In this document: positions 52,555 through 63,497 of the stretch, piece after piece | Position numbering within the stretch: the stretch's first letter is position 1 | How the letters are laid out: each line of letters begins with the position of its first letter | Assembly: GCF_000026545.1 (NCBI RefSeq) | Contig: NC_011601.1 | Reading direction: 5' to 3' (one strand) | DNA length: 64,000 nt | DNA from: Escherichia coli O127:H6 str. E2348/69 | Lineage (GTDB): Bacteria; Pseudomonadota; Gammaproteobacteria; Enterobacterales; Enterobacteriaceae | Made by a program: the position numbers and the translations under genes | Notes under the pieces: generated by a model | The model's database searches: none | Seen by the model: only the letters and a program-made list of their open reading frames with translations | What the model was told of the DNA's origin: nothing

Positions 52555-53262
52555 ATGATGAAGATGCAATCGCGTAAAATCTGGTACTACCGTATAACCC
52601 TCATCATCCTGTTGTTCGCTGTGCTGCTGGCATGGGCGCTGCTTCCCGGCGTCCATGAGTTTATCAATCGCAGCGTTGCGGCGTTTGCCGCCGTGGACCA
52701 ACAGGGTATAGAACGCTTTATTCAGTCTTACGGCGCACTGGCGGCAGTTGTCTCGTTCTTGTTGATGATTTTACAGGCCATTGCTGCACCGCTACCTGCG
52801 TTTTTGATCACCTTTGCCAATGCGTCGCTGTTTGGCGCGCTCTGGGGCGGCTTGCTGTCGTGGACCAGTTCGATGGCCGGCGCGGCGCTGTGCTTTTTTA
52901 TCGCCAGAGTGATGGGCCGCGAAGTGGTGGAAAAGTTAACGGGAAAAACGGTACTCAATAGTATGGACGGCTTTTTTACCCGCTATGGTAAACACACCAT
53001 TCTGGTATGCCGATTATTGCCTTTTGTGCCTTTTGATCCCGTAAGCTATGCTGCCGGTTTGACTTCAATACGTTTTCGCTCGTTTTTTATCGCCACCGGG
53101 CTTGGTCAGTTACCAGCGACTATTGTTTATTCCTGGGCGGGCAGCATGTTAACAGGCGGTACTTTCTGGTTTGTCACCGGACTGTTTATTCTGTTTGCCC
53201 TGACCGTGGTGATTTTTATGGCGAAGAAAATATGGCTTGAGCGCCAGAAGAGGAATGCCTGA
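52555..53262 (+). CDS. ydjZ: DedA/TVP38-family inner membrane protein YdjZ
   Basis: 235 aa. Confidence 0.85.
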   Translation: MMKMQSRKIWYYRITLIILLFAVLLAWALLPGVHEFINRSVAAFAAVDQQGIERFIQSYGALAAVVSFLLMILQAIAAPLPAFLITFANASLFGALWGGLLSWTSSMAGAALCFFIARVMGREVVEKLTGKTVLNSMDGFFTRYGKHTILVCRLLPFVPFDPVSYAAGLTSIRFRSFFIATGLGQLPATIVYSWAGSMLTGGTFWFVTGLFILFALTVVIFMAKKIWLERQKRNA

Positions 53263-53810
53263 TGGGTTTACCGCCGCTTAGCAAAATTCCTTTCATTTTA
53301 CGTCCGCAGGCGTGGCTGCATCGTCGCCATTACGGCGAGGTGCTAAGCCCGATTCGCTGGTGGGGGCGGATCCCGTTTATCTTTTATCTGGTGTCGATGT
53401 TTGTCGGCTGGCTGGAGCGCAAACGCTCACCGCTGGATCCGGTAGTACGATCGCTTGTCAGCGCGCGCATTGCGCAAATGTGCCTGTGTGAGTTTTGCGT
53501 GGATATCACCAGTATGAAAGTCGCCGAGCGCACTGGCAGCACCGATAAACTGCTGGCAGTGGCTGACTGGCGGCAAAGCCCGCTCTTTAGCGATGAAGAA
53601 CGGCTGGCGCTGGAGTACGCCGAAGCCGCAAGCGTAACGCCGCCAACGGTCGATGATGCCCTGCGCGCCCGACTGGTTACGCATTTTGACGCTCAGGCGC
53701 TCACCGAACTGACGGCATTGATAGGCCTGCAAAATCTGTCAGCCCGTTTTAATTCTGCCATGGACATTCCCGCTCAGGGGCTGTGCCGTATTCCTGAAAA
53801 ACGTTCTTAA
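53262..53810 (+). CDS. ynjA: carboxymuconolactone decarboxylase-family protein YnjA
   Basis: 182 aa. Confidence 0.85.
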   Translation: MGLPPLSKIPFILRPQAWLHRRHYGEVLSPIRWWGRIPFIFYLVSMFVGWLERKRSPLDPVVRSLVSARIAQMCLCEFCVDITSMKVAERTGSTDKLLAVADWRQSPLFSDEERLALEYAEAASVTPPTVDDALRARLVTHFDAQALTELTALIGLQNLSARFNSAMDIPAQGLCRIPEKRS

Positions 53811-53819
53811 GGAGAGAAG

Positions 53820-54986
53820 ATGCGCCATTGTGGGTGGTTGCTGGGATTGTTATCGCTGTTTTCTTTGGCAACACATGCCAGTGACTGGCAGGAAATAAAA
53901 AATGAGGCCAAAGGACAAACCGTCTGGTTTAACGCCTGGGGCGGCGATACCGCAATTAACCGCTATCTCGACTGGGTTAGCGGCGAGATGAAAACCCATT
54001 ACGCTATAAACCTGAAGATTGTTCGTCTCGCGGATGCCGCAGACGCGGTGAAGCGCATTCAGACCGAAGCTGCTGCCGGACGCAAAACAGGCGGCTCGGT
54101 GGATCTGCTCTGGGTGAACGGCGAAAACTTCCGCACCTTAAAAGAGGCCAATTTATTACAAACGGGCTGGGCGGAGACTCTGCCCAACTGGCGCTATGTC
54201 GACACACAGCTGCCGGTGCGGGAAGATTTTTCAGTGCCTACAGAAGGGGCTGAATCGCCCTGGGGTGGCGCACAACTGACGTTTATCGCCCGCCGCGATG
54301 TTACGCCACAGCCACCACAAACGCCGCAAGCGTTGCTGGAGTTTGCTAAAGCCAATCCTGGCACGGTTACCTATCCGCGCCCACCGGACTTTACCGGCAC
54401 GGCGTTTCTTGAACAGTTGCTGATTATGCTGACGCCCGATCCCGCCGCATTAAAAGAAGCGCCGGACGATGCGACTTTCGCCCGTGTCACTGCTCCCTTG
54501 TGGCAATATCTTGATGCGCTGCATCCGTATTTGTGGCGCGAAGGAAAGGATTTCCCGCCTTCGCCCGCGCGGATGGATGCTCTGCTGAAAGCCGGCACAT
54601 TGCGCCTGTCGCTGACCTTTAATCCCGCGCATGCGCAGCAAAAAATCGCCAGCGGCGATTTACCCGCCAGCAGTTACAGCTTTGGCTTTAGCGAGGGAAT
54701 GATTGGCAACGTGCATTTCGTCACCATTCCCGCCAACGCGAATGCCAGTGCTGCGGCGAAGGTAGTTGCCAATTTCCTGCTCTCACCCGATGCACAACTG
54801 CGTAAAGCAGACCCTGCTGTCTGGGGCGATCCTTCGGTTCTCGATCCGCAAAAACTGCCTGACGGGCAGCGCGAAATATTGCAATCAAGAATGCCGCAGG
54901 ATCTGCCGCCGGTACTGGCTGAACCGCACGCAGGTTGGGTAAATGCGCTGGAACAAGAATGGCTACACCGTTACGGTACGCATTAA
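53820..54986 (+). CDS. ynjB: ABC transporter periplasmic binding protein YnjB
   Basis: 388 aa with signal peptide. Confidence 0.85.
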   Translation: MRHCGWLLGLLSLFSLATHASDWQEIKNEAKGQTVWFNAWGGDTAINRYLDWVSGEMKTHYAINLKIVRLADAADAVKRIQTEAAAGRKTGGSVDLLWVNGENFRTLKEANLLQTGWAETLPNWRYVDTQLPVREDFSVPTEGAESPWGGAQLTFIARRDVTPQPPQTPQALLEFAKANPGTVTYPRPPDFTGTAFLEQLLIMLTPDPAALKEAPDDATFARVTAPLWQYLDALHPYLWREGKDFPPSPARMDALLKAGTLRLSLTFNPAHAQQKIASGDLPASSYSFGFSEGMIGNVHFVTIPANANASAAAKVVANFLLSPDAQLRKADPAVWGDPSVLDPQKLPDGQREILQSRMPQDLPPVLAEPHAGWVNALEQEWLHRYGTH

Positions 54987-56494
54987 TCTTTTTGCTGTGG
55001 GCGATGGTGGCGGTGATTTATGCACCGCTGATCCCGGCAGCTCTCACGCTGATATCGCCTGCTTTGTCGTTGACACACTGGCAGACGTTATTTGCCGATC
55101 CACAGTTACCGCAGGCATTACTGGCAACGCTGGTGTCGACAACCATCGCGGCGGTCGGGGCGTTGTTGATTGCCCTGCTGGTGATTGTGGCGCTGTGGCC
55201 TGGGCCGAAATGGCAGCGTATGTGCGCCCGTCTGCCGTGGCTGCTCGCCATTCCCCATGTGGCTTTTGCCACCAGCGCCCTTCTGCTCTTTGCTGACGGA
55301 GGGCTGCTTTATGACTATTTCCCGTATTTCACTCCGCCAATGGACCGATTTGGCATCGGTCTGGGCCTCACCCTTGCAGTGAAAGAAAGCGCATTTCTGC
55401 TGTGGATCTTAGCGGCAGTATTGAGCGAAAAACGGCTGTTGCAGCAAGTTATTGTACTGGATTCGCTGGGCTACAGCCGCTGGCAATGCCTGAACTGGCT
55501 GTTGTTGCCCTCCGTCGCACCTGCACTGGCAATGGCGATGCTGGCGATTGTCGCCTGGTCGCTGTCGGTCGTGGATGTGGCGATTATCCTTGGGCCAGGT
55601 AATCCCCCGACGCTGGCAGTAATTAGCTGGCAGTGGTTAACTCAGGGCGACGCCGATCAACAAACGAAAGGCGCACTCGCCAGCCTGCTGCTGATGCTGT
55701 TACTCGCCGCCTACGTTTTGCTGGGCTATCTGCTATGGCGTAGCTGGCGGCGTACTATTCCCCGCGTAGATGGCGTTCGTAAGCCTGCCACGCCTTTATT
55801 GCCCGGCATTACGCTGGCGAGTTTTTTACCCTTGACCGGTGTGCTGTGTGTGGTTCTGTTGGCGATCCTCGCGGATCAGTCGACGATCAATAGTGAAGCG
55901 CTCATCAATAGCCTGACGATGGGACTTACCGCGACGTTTATCGCTTTAATCCTGATACTGGCGTGGCTGGAATGGGGATCGTCACGTCGGCACTTCTGGC
56001 TATGGTTGCCCATTTTATTACCCGCTCTGCCACTGGTGGCGGGCCAGTACACGCTGGCGCTCTGGCTGAACCTGGATGGGAGCTGGACGGCGGTGGTCTG
56101 GGGGCATCTGCTGTGGGTAATGCCGTGGATACTGTTTATCCTGCAACCCGCCTGGCAGCGCATTGATTTACGGTTAATTTTGATTGCGCAAACACTGGGC
56201 TGGTCGCGGGCCAAAATCTTCTTTTACGTGAAATGCCCACTCATGTTGCGCCCTGCTCTGATTGCCTTCGCGGTGGGATTTTCAGTCAGTATTGCGCAGT
56301 ATATGCCGACGCTGTGGCTGGGCGCGGGGCGTTTTCCGACGCTCACCACTGAGGCGGTGGCATTAAGCAGCGGCGGCAGCAACGGTATTCTCGCCGCCCA
56401 GGCTTTATGGCAACTGCTATTACCGCTTATTATTTTTGCCCTGACCGCGTTAGTCGCAAAATGGGTAGGTTATGTCAGACAAGGACTCCGCTAA
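54959..56494 (+). CDS. ynjC: ABC transporter permease YnjC
   Basis: About 511 aa multi-TM; start chosen to give K-12 length. Confidence 0.8.
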   Translation: MATPLRYALIFLLWAMVAVIYAPLIPAALTLISPALSLTHWQTLFADPQLPQALLATLVSTTIAAVGALLIALLVIVALWPGPKWQRMCARLPWLLAIPHVAFATSALLLFADGGLLYDYFPYFTPPMDRFGIGLGLTLAVKESAFLLWILAAVLSEKRLLQQVIVLDSLGYSRWQCLNWLLLPSVAPALAMAMLAIVAWSLSVVDVAIILGPGNPPTLAVISWQWLTQGDADQQTKGALASLLLMLLLAAYVLLGYLLWRSWRRTIPRVDGVRKPATPLLPGITLASFLPLTGVLCVVLLAILADQSTINSEALINSLTMGLTATFIALILILAWLEWGSSRRHFWLWLPILLPALPLVAGQYTLALWLNLDGSWTAVVWGHLLWVMPWILFILQPAWQRIDLRLILIAQTLGWSRAKIFFYVKCPLMLRPALIAFAVGFSVSIAQYMPTLWLGAGRFPTLTTEAVALSSGGSNGILAAQALWQLLLPLIIFALTALVAKWVGYVRQGLR

Positions 56495-57147
56495 TGCTCT
56501 GCGTGAAAAATGTTTCGCTACGTTTACCAGAAAGCCGCTTGCTGAAAAACGTTAACTTTACGGTGAGTAAAGGTGACATTGTCACGTTAATGGGGCCGTC
56601 TGGCTGTGGAAAATCCACTCTGTTTTCATGGATGATTGGTGCGCTGGCCGGACAGTTTTCTTGTACAGGTGAGCTATGGCTCAATGAGCAACGGATTGAC
56701 ATGCTACCCACCGCACAGCGTCAGATTGGCATTCTTTTCCAGGATGCACTGTTATTTGACCAGTTCAGCGTCGGGCAAAATTTACTGCTGGCTCTGCCAG
56801 CGGCACTCAAAGGTGTTGCAAGGCGCGATGCGGTAAATGATGCGCTGGAGCGTGCGGGGCTTGGCGGTATGTTCCATCAGGATCCTGCCACTTTGTCTGG
56901 CGGTCAGCGAGCGCGCGTTGCTCTGCTTCGCGCCCTTCTCGCTCAGCCAAAAGCGTTGCTACTGGATGAGCCATTCAGCCGTCTTGATGTGGCTCTGCGC
57001 GATAATTTTCGCCAGTGGGTGTTCAGCGAAGTTCGCGCCCAGGCGATCCCAGTCGTTCAGGTAACGCACGATCTCCAGGATGTTCCTGCTGATAGTTCTG
57101 TTCTGGATATGGCGCAGTGGTCAGAAAATTACAACAAACTGCGATAA
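56494..57147 (+). CDS. ynjD: ABC transporter ATP-binding protein YnjD
   Basis: 217 aa from MLCVKNVSL; Walker A GPSGCGKST. Confidence 0.85.
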   Translation: MLCVKNVSLRLPESRLLKNVNFTVSKGDIVTLMGPSGCGKSTLFSWMIGALAGQFSCTGELWLNEQRIDMLPTAQRQIGILFQDALLFDQFSVGQNLLLALPAALKGVARRDAVNDALERAGLGGMFHQDPATLSGGQRARVALLRALLAQPKALLLDEPFSRLDVALRDNFRQWVFSEVRAQAIPVVQVTHDLQDVPADSSVLDMAQWSENYNKLR

Positions 57148-57213
57148 CGCAAAGTTTTTCCCAATGCGTCAGTTCAGAATGGCGCACTCAAAACTACAAT
57201 GTCGGGATTTTCG

Positions 57214-58521
57214 ATGAAACGTGTTTCTCAAATGACCGCGCTGGCAATGGCTTTAGGGCTGGCTTGCGCTTCTTCGTGGGCCGCTGAACTGGCGAAGCCT
57301 CTTACACTTGACCAGCTTCAACAACAAAATGGCAAAGCGATAGATACTCGCCCCAGCGCGTTTTATAACGGCTGGCCACAAACCTTAAATGGCCCTTCTG
57401 GTCATGAACCTGCAGCCTTAAACCTCTCTGCTAGCTGGCTCGACAAAATGAGCACCGAACAGCTTAACGCGTGGATCAAGCAACATAACCTGAAAGCCGA
57501 TGCCCCGGTGGCGCTATACGGTAATGGCAAAGATGTCGACGCCGTCAAAACGCGACTGCAAAAAGCAGGTTTTACGCATATCTCCATTCTGAGTGACGCG
57601 CTAAGCGAACCTTCCCGTCTGCAAAAACTGCCGCATTTTGAGCAGCTGGTTTATCCGCAATGGCTGCACGACCTGCAACAAGGTAAAGAGGTTATGGCGA
57701 AACCTGCCGGTGACTGGAAAGTCATTGAAGCGGCCTGGGGCGCTCCTAAGCTTTACCTTATCAGCCATATTCCCGGCGCTGACTACATCGATACCAACGA
57801 AGTGGAAAGCGAACCGCTGTGGAACAAAGTTTCTGATGAACAACTAAAAGCGATGCTGGCAAAACACGGCATTCGCCATGACACCACGGTCATTCTGTAC
57901 GGGCGTGACGTATACGCTGCAGCGCGTGTGGCGCAAATTATGCTTTATGCCGGCGTGAAAGATGTGCGCCTGCTGGACGGAGGCTGGCAAACCTGGTCCG
58001 ACGCGGGTCTGCCCGTTGAGCGCGGAACGCCACCGAAAGTGAAAGCGGAACCGGATTTCGGCGTGAAGATCCCGGCACAACCGCAACTGATGCTTGATAT
58101 GGAACAGGCGCGTGGACTGCTGCATCGCCAGGATGCATCGCTGGTGAGCATTCGTTCGTGGCCAGAATTTATCGGTACGACCAGCGGTTACAGCTATATT
58201 AAACCAAAAGGTGAAATAGCCGGAGCACGTTGGGGACACGCTGGTAGCGACTCGACGCATATGGAAGATTTCCATAACCCGGATGGCACCATGCGCAGCG
58301 CCGATGATATTACCGCCATGTGGAAAGCATGGAATATCAAACCAGATCAGCAAGTTTCATTCTACTGCGGCACCGGCTGGCGCGCGTCCGAAACCTTTAT
58401 GTACGCACGAGCAATGGGCTGGAATAACGTCTCCGTTTACGACGGCGGCTGGTACGAATGGAGCAGCGATCCAAAAAATCCGGTAGCAACCGGTGAACGC
58501 GGCCCGGACAGCAGCAAATAA
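57214..58521 (+). CDS. ynjE: rhodanese-domain sulfurtransferase YnjE
   Basis: 435 aa from MKRVSQMTAL with signal peptide; CGTGWR active-site loop. Confidence 0.85.
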   Translation: MKRVSQMTALAMALGLACASSWAAELAKPLTLDQLQQQNGKAIDTRPSAFYNGWPQTLNGPSGHEPAALNLSASWLDKMSTEQLNAWIKQHNLKADAPVALYGNGKDVDAVKTRLQKAGFTHISILSDALSEPSRLQKLPHFEQLVYPQWLHDLQQGKEVMAKPAGDWKVIEAAWGAPKLYLISHIPGADYIDTNEVESEPLWNKVSDEQLKAMLAKHGIRHDTTVILYGRDVYAAARVAQIMLYAGVKDVRLLDGGWQTWSDAGLPVERGTPPKVKAEPDFGVKIPAQPQLMLDMEQARGLLHRQDASLVSIRSWPEFIGTTSGYSYIKPKGEIAGARWGHAGSDSTHMEDFHNPDGTMRSADDITAMWKAWNIKPDQQVSFYCGTGWRASETFMYARAMGWNNVSVYDGGWYEWSSDPKNPVATGERGPDSSK

Positions 58522-58529
58522 CATTGCAA

Positions 58530-59156
58530 TTACTGACGCTGGAGTGACTTCAGCGTCAGATACCCACTCCACACCCGCGTAAAGGTCGTCATCCAGCACA
58601 ACGCACCAAATACCCACGCAAACCACGGAAAACAGGCCGGAAAGAGGCAACTCAGAACAAACAGCAAAATCGTCTCGCTGCCTTCGGTTAAGCCGCCCAG
58701 ATAATAAAACGATTTATGCGCATAACCGGGATTATCAATCTGATGTTTCGCCGCCAGCGCAGCAAAAGCGAGAAAACTGCTGCCCGTGCCGATAAACGCA
58801 AACAGCAGCCAGCCGCCTGCCAGGGCGTTTTGCTCCGGTGCGGCGAGGATAAACCCAAAAGGCACCAGCGCGTAAAAAAGAAAATCGAGAGAAATATCGA
58901 GAAAGCCGCCCGCGTCGGTAAGCCCCCTGCGCCGCGCCAGCGCACCGTCCAGACCATCAAGCAGCCTGTTCAACAAAATGACGATTAGCGCCGCCAGATA
59001 CCAGCCCAGCGCCAGAAACGGCAGTGCCAGCACGCCGATGGCAAATCCCACTAATGTTAAACCATCTGGCGTGATGCCGGGTTTATCCAGCACCTTCACA
59101 CACTGATGCAACAAAGGTTTAATTCGGGGATGAAGATGGCGGTCTAGCACAGGCAC
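58530..59156 (-). CDS. ynjF: CDP-alcohol phosphatidyltransferase-family membrane protein YnjF
   Basis: 208 aa ORF, DG(x2)AR motif. Confidence 0.85.
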   Translation of the reverse strand: MPVLDRHLHPRIKPLLHQCVKVLDKPGITPDGLTLVGFAIGVLALPFLALGWYLAALIVILLNRLLDGLDGALARRRGLTDAGGFLDISLDFLFYALVPFGFILAAPEQNALAGGWLLFAFIGTGSSFLAFAALAAKHQIDNPGYAHKSFYYLGGLTEGSETILLFVLSCLFPACFPWFAWVFGALCWMTTFTRVWSGYLTLKSLQRQ

Positions 59157-59236
59157 TCCTTAAATATAAAGCCTTTCTGATTGAGCAACAGTGCGGATAT
59201 TATGGCATTTTTCGCTTATCTGCCCGTGTGTAATTT

Positions 59237-59644
59237 ATGAAAATGATTGAAGTTGTTGCCGCCATCATCGAACGTGATGGCAAAATTTTACTCGCGCAAC
59301 GCCCTGCCCAGAGCGATCAGGCGGGATTATGGGAGTTTGCCGGTGGTAAAGTCGAGCCGGATGAAAGCCAGCGGCAGGCGCTGGTGCGTGAGTTAAACGA
59401 AGAACTGGGCATCGAAGCAACTGTTGGTGACTATGTTGCCAGCCATCAGCGAGAAGTTTCGGGGCGGATTATCCATCTTCATGCCTGGCACGTACCCGAC
59501 TTCCACGGGACGTTACAGGCACATGAACATCAGGCGCTGGTCTGGTGCTCACCTGAAGAGGCGCTGCGATATCCGCTGGCCCCTGCTGACATTCCATTAT
59601 TAGAGGCGTTTATGGCTTTACGCGCCGCCAGACCAGCGGATTAG
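59237..59644 (+). CDS. nudG: Nudix CTP pyrophosphohydrolase
   Basis: 135 aa, Nudix box GGKVEPDESQRQALVRELNEELGI. Confidence 0.9.
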   Translation: MKMIEVVAAIIERDGKILLAQRPAQSDQAGLWEFAGGKVEPDESQRQALVRELNEELGIEATVGDYVASHQREVSGRIIHLHAWHVPDFHGTLQAHEHQALVWCSPEEALRYPLAPADIPLLEAFMALRAARPAD

Positions 59645-59882
59645 TGCTAAGGGTTTTGTCATCCCGCTGGCATTGCAGCAGTATTCCTTCGGCTTTAATT
59701 ACCGCCCCTTCAGAATAATTTTGATCCTGATAAACGCAGCACTGAGTACAGGGCTGCGCTGACTGCCCGCCTGAACTGAACACTTCTGGCGGTACGTTTA
59801 CCTCCACGTCCGGACGATAATGCGGGTTAGCCAGTGCAATTATTGGAAATGCTAATACTACGGCGAACAATGCTCGACTCAC
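59610..59882 (-). CDS. ynjH: DUF1496 secreted protein YnjH
   Basis: 90 aa with signal peptide. Confidence 0.8.
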   Translation of the reverse strand: MSRALFAVVLAFPIIALANPHYRPDVEVNVPPEVFSSGGQSAQPCTQCCVYQDQNYSEGAVIKAEGILLQCQRDDKTLSTNPLVWRRVKP

Positions 59883-60117
59883 AGGGAACTCCTTAACGTT
59901 ATTGTCTCTGCTACTGATAACGGTAGCCGGGTGGCAAAACTTTAGCGTCTGAGTTATCGCATTTGGTTATGAGATTACTCTCGTTATTAATTTGCTTTCC
60001 TGGGTCATTTTTTTCTTGCTTACCGTCACATTCTTGATGGTATAGTCGAAAACTGCAAAAGCACATGACATAAACAACATAAGCACAATCGTATTAATAT
60101 ATAAGGGTTTTATATCT

Positions 60118-61461
60118 ATGGATCAGACATATTCTCTGGAGTCATTCCTCAACCATGTCCAAAAGCGCGACCCGAATCAAACCGAGTTCGCGCAAGCCGT
60201 TCGTGAAGTAATGACCACACTCTGGCCTTTTCTTGAACAAAATCCAAAATATCGCCAGATGTCATTACTGGAGCGTCTGGTTGAACCGGAGCGCGTGATC
60301 CAGTTTCGCGTGGTATGGGTTGATGATCGCAACCAGGTGCAGGTCAACCGTGCATGGCGTGTGCAGTTCAGCTCTGCCATCGGCCCGTACAAAGGCGGTA
60401 TGCGCTTCCATCCGTCAGTTAACCTCTCCATTCTCAAATTCCTCGGCTTCGAACAAACCTTCAAAAATGCCCTGACTACTCTACCGATGGGCGGTGGTAA
60501 AGGCGGCAGCGATTTCGACCCGAAAGGAAAAAGCGAAGGCGAAGTTATGCGTTTCTGCCAGGCGCTGATGACTGAACTGTATCGCCACCTGGGCGCGGAT
60601 ACTGACGTTCCGGCAGGTGATATCGGCGTTGGTGGTCGTGAAGTCGGCTTTATGGCGGGGATGATGAAAAAGCTCTCCAACAATACCGCCTGCGTCTTCA
60701 CCGGTAAGGGCCTTTCATTTGGCGGCAGTCTTATTCGCCCGGAAGCTACCGGCTACGGTCTGGTTTATTTCACAGAAGCAATGCTAAAACGCCACGGTAT
60801 GGGTTTTGAAGGAATGCGCGTTTCCGTTTCTGGCTCCGGCAACGTCGCCCAGTACGCTATCGAAAAAGCGATGGAATTTGGTGCTCGAGTGATCACTGCG
60901 TCAGACTCCAGCGGCACTGTAGTTGATGAAAGCGGATTCACGAAAGAGAAACTGGCGCGCCTTATCGAAATCAAAGCCAGCCGCGATGGTCGAGTGGCAG
61001 ATTACGCCAAAGAATTTGGTCTGGTCTATCTCGAAGGCCAACAACCGTGGTCTGTACCGGTTGATATCGCCCTGCCTTGCGCCACCCAGAACGAACTGGA
61101 TGTTGACGCCGCGCATCAGCTTATCGCCAATGGCGTTAAAGCCGTCGCCGAAGGGGCAAATATGCCGACCACCATCGAAGCGACTGAACTGTTCCAGCAG
61201 GCAGGCGTACTGTTTGCACCGGGTAAAGCGGCTAATGCTGGCGGTGTAGCAACATCGGGCCTGGAAATGGCGCAAAACGCTGCGCGCCTGGGCTGGAAAG
61301 CCGAGAAAGTTGACGCACGTTTGCATCACATCATGCTGGATATCCACCATGCCTGTGTTGAGCATGGTGGTGAAGGTGAGCAAACCAACTACGTGCAGGG
61401 CGCGAACATTGCCGGTTTTGTGAAGGTTGCGGATGCGATGTTAAGCCAGGGCGTGATTTAA
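60118..61461 (+). CDS. gdhA: NADP-specific glutamate dehydrogenase
   Basis: 447 aa MDQTYSLESFLNHVQKRDPNQTEFAQAVREV. Confidence 0.95.
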   Translation: MDQTYSLESFLNHVQKRDPNQTEFAQAVREVMTTLWPFLEQNPKYRQMSLLERLVEPERVIQFRVVWVDDRNQVQVNRAWRVQFSSAIGPYKGGMRFHPSVNLSILKFLGFEQTFKNALTTLPMGGGKGGSDFDPKGKSEGEVMRFCQALMTELYRHLGADTDVPAGDIGVGGREVGFMAGMMKKLSNNTACVFTGKGLSFGGSLIRPEATGYGLVYFTEAMLKRHGMGFEGMRVSVSGSGNVAQYAIEKAMEFGARVITASDSSGTVVDESGFTKEKLARLIEIKASRDGRVADYAKEFGLVYLEGQQPWSVPVDIALPCATQNELDVDAAHQLIANGVKAVAEGANMPTTIEATELFQQAGVLFAPGKAANAGGVATSGLEMAQNAARLGWKAEKVDARLHHIMLDIHHACVEHGGEGEQTNYVQGANIAGFVKVADAMLSQGVI

Positions 61462-61467
61462 GACAAT

Positions 61468-61502
61468 TGTGCCGGATACAGCGCAAACGCCTTATCCGGC
61501 CA
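61468..61502. repeat. REP-like palindromic element between gdhA and topB
   Basis: gccggatacagcgcaaacgccttatccggcc dyad typical of E. coli REP. Confidence 0.6.
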
Positions 61503-61537
61503 TAAAAATCTTCAGTATCAGATGGTTGAAAGAACCT

Positions 61538-63493
61538 TTATGTTATCACTCCATTGCCCGCCTCTTCTGATGGCGGGCTTTTTTTCGGCGCTCTCTTGCG
61601 TGGCGAATCCTTTATCTTCCCCTCTCCACCGCCGGGAGCCATTATTCCCCGAAACTGCCTTACCGACGTGCGCTTTGCCTGATCAATCAACTGGTACAAT
61701 GTCCCCACCAGCGGCTGCATAAAGTCCTGATAGCGACACTGCTTTTCGCTGATTTGCGTCAGCACCGATTCCCAGTGCGCGGTCATGTCCGGTCGCGTCG
61801 CCATTTCTGGCAGCGAATGGAATAGCGCTTTTCCGGCGTCGGTGGAGTGGATATAGCGCCCTTTTTTGGTCAGGAAACCCCGCTTGAACAACAGTTCAAT
61901 AATCCCGGCACGCGTTGCTTCTGTCCCCAGACCATCGGTCGCACGAAGGATCTTTTTCAGATCTTTGTCCTGCACAAAGCGCGCGATCCCGGTCATCGCC
62001 GAAAGCAGTGTTGCATCGGTAAAATGGCGCGGCGGTTGGGTTTGCCGCTCTACCACTTCGCCTTTTTCGCACAACAATTCATCGCCTTTCGCCACCACAG
62101 GCAGCGGCGTGCCGTCGTTTTCTTCATCGCGCTCTTTGCTGCCTAACAGCGTGCGCCAGCCTGCTTCAACAAGAAAACGGGCTTTAGCGACAAATTTGCC
62201 TTTGGCAATGTCCAGTTCGATAACACACTTGCGGAACACCGCATCCGGGCAGAACTGCATCAAGTACTGACGGGCAATCAGGTTATAGACCTTCGCTTCG
62301 TTCTCCGTCAGGTTGATCGCAGAACTCCGTGCGGTCGGAATGATGGCGTGGTGCGCATCGACCTTTTTGTCATCCCAACAGCGGTTGCGTATATCTGGAT
62401 CTACCACTGGCTGCGGCAACAGATCCGGTGCATGAACGCTGATAGCATTCATCACCGCGTGGCGTCCGGCAAAATGTTCTTCTGGCAAATAGCGGCAATC
62501 GGAACGCGGATAAGTGATTAGCTTGTGCGTTTCGTACAGCTTCTGGCAGATATCAAGCACGTTCTGCGCGCTCAGACCAAAACGTTTAGCCGCTTCAATC
62601 TGCAACGCCGAAAGAGAAAACGGTAGCGGCGCGGATTCTGATTCCCGTTTATCGTTATAGCTGGTGACAATAGCTGGTTGACCACTAATGCGGTTAACCA
62701 CATGCTCCGCCAGTGGACGATGTAACAAGCGCCCTTCTTCATCCTGGTACGGTTCACACGCTTCGCTCGGTTGCCAGATAGCGGTGAACCGCTCATCGGC
62801 AGGTGTCACGATATGTGCTTTGACTTCAAAGAAATCTTTCGCCACGAAGTTTTCAATCTCTTCGTCGCGGCGCACCACCAGTCCGAGTACGGGCGTCTGC
62901 ACGCGTCCCACGGAAAGTACGCCCTGATAACCGGCATTGCGACCGAGAATGGTGTAAGCGCGGGTCATATTGATGCCGTACAGCCAGTCAGCTCGGGCTC
63001 GCGCCAGTGCAGAAACGCACAGCGGTACAAACTCGCTATTGGAGCGAAGACGATCGATCGCCCGCTCAACCGCCTGCGGGTTCAGGTCGTTTATCAAACA
63101 ACGCTGTACCTGCTGGCGCTTTTCCGGTGCCAGTTGCAGGTAGTCCAGCACTTCATCCACCAGCAGTTGCCCTTCGCGATCCGGGTCTCCGGCGTGAACG
63201 ATTTCGCTGGCTTCATGCAGGAAGCGTTTGATGACATTAAGTTGTTTAGTCACGGAGGGTCGGGGCTGTAATTGCCACTTTTCCGGGACAATTGGCAAAT
63301 CCGCAAGATTCCAGCGCGCATAGCGGCTGTCGTAGGCGTCTGGCTGCGCCTGCTCAAGCAGGTGACCGATACACCAGGTCACCACCTGACCATTACCGCA
63401 CTCGATAAAGCCATCGCCTTTCCGGTGCGGTTTAGGCAGGACATCAGCAATGGCGCGCGCCAGACTCGGTTTTTCGGCAATAAACAACCGCAT
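61538..63493 (-). CDS. topB: DNA topoisomerase III
   Basis: About 651 aa from [19 protein letters not shown] (Toprim N-terminus). Confidence 0.9.
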   Translation of the reverse strand: MRLFIAEKPSLARAIADVLPKPHRKGDGFIECGNGQVVTWCIGHLLEQAQPDAYDSRYARWNLADLPIVPEKWQLQPRPSVTKQLNVIKRFLHEASEIVHAGDPDREGQLLVDEVLDYLQLAPEKRQQVQRCLINDLNPQAVERAIDRLRSNSEFVPLCVSALARARADWLYGINMTRAYTILGRNAGYQGVLSVGRVQTPVLGLVVRRDEEIENFVAKDFFEVKAHIVTPADERFTAIWQPSEACEPYQDEEGRLLHRPLAEHVVNRISGQPAIVTSYNDKRESESAPLPFSLSALQIEAAKRFGLSAQNVLDICQKLYETHKLITYPRSDCRYLPEEHFAGRHAVMNAISVHAPDLLPQPVVDPDIRNRCWDDKKVDAHHAIIPTARSSAINLTENEAKVYNLIARQYLMQFCPDAVFRKCVIELDIAKGKFVAKARFLVEAGWRTLLGSKERDEENDGTPLPVVAKGDELLCEKGEVVERQTQPPRHFTDATLLSAMTGIARFVQDKDLKKILRATDGLGTEATRAGIIELLFKRGFLTKKGRYIHSTDAGKALFHSLPEMATRPDMTAHWESVLTQISEKQCRYQDFMQPLVGTLYQLIDQAKRTSVRQFRGIMAPGGGEGKIKDSPRKRAPKKSPPSEEAGNGVIT

Positions 63494-63497
63494 TGAA

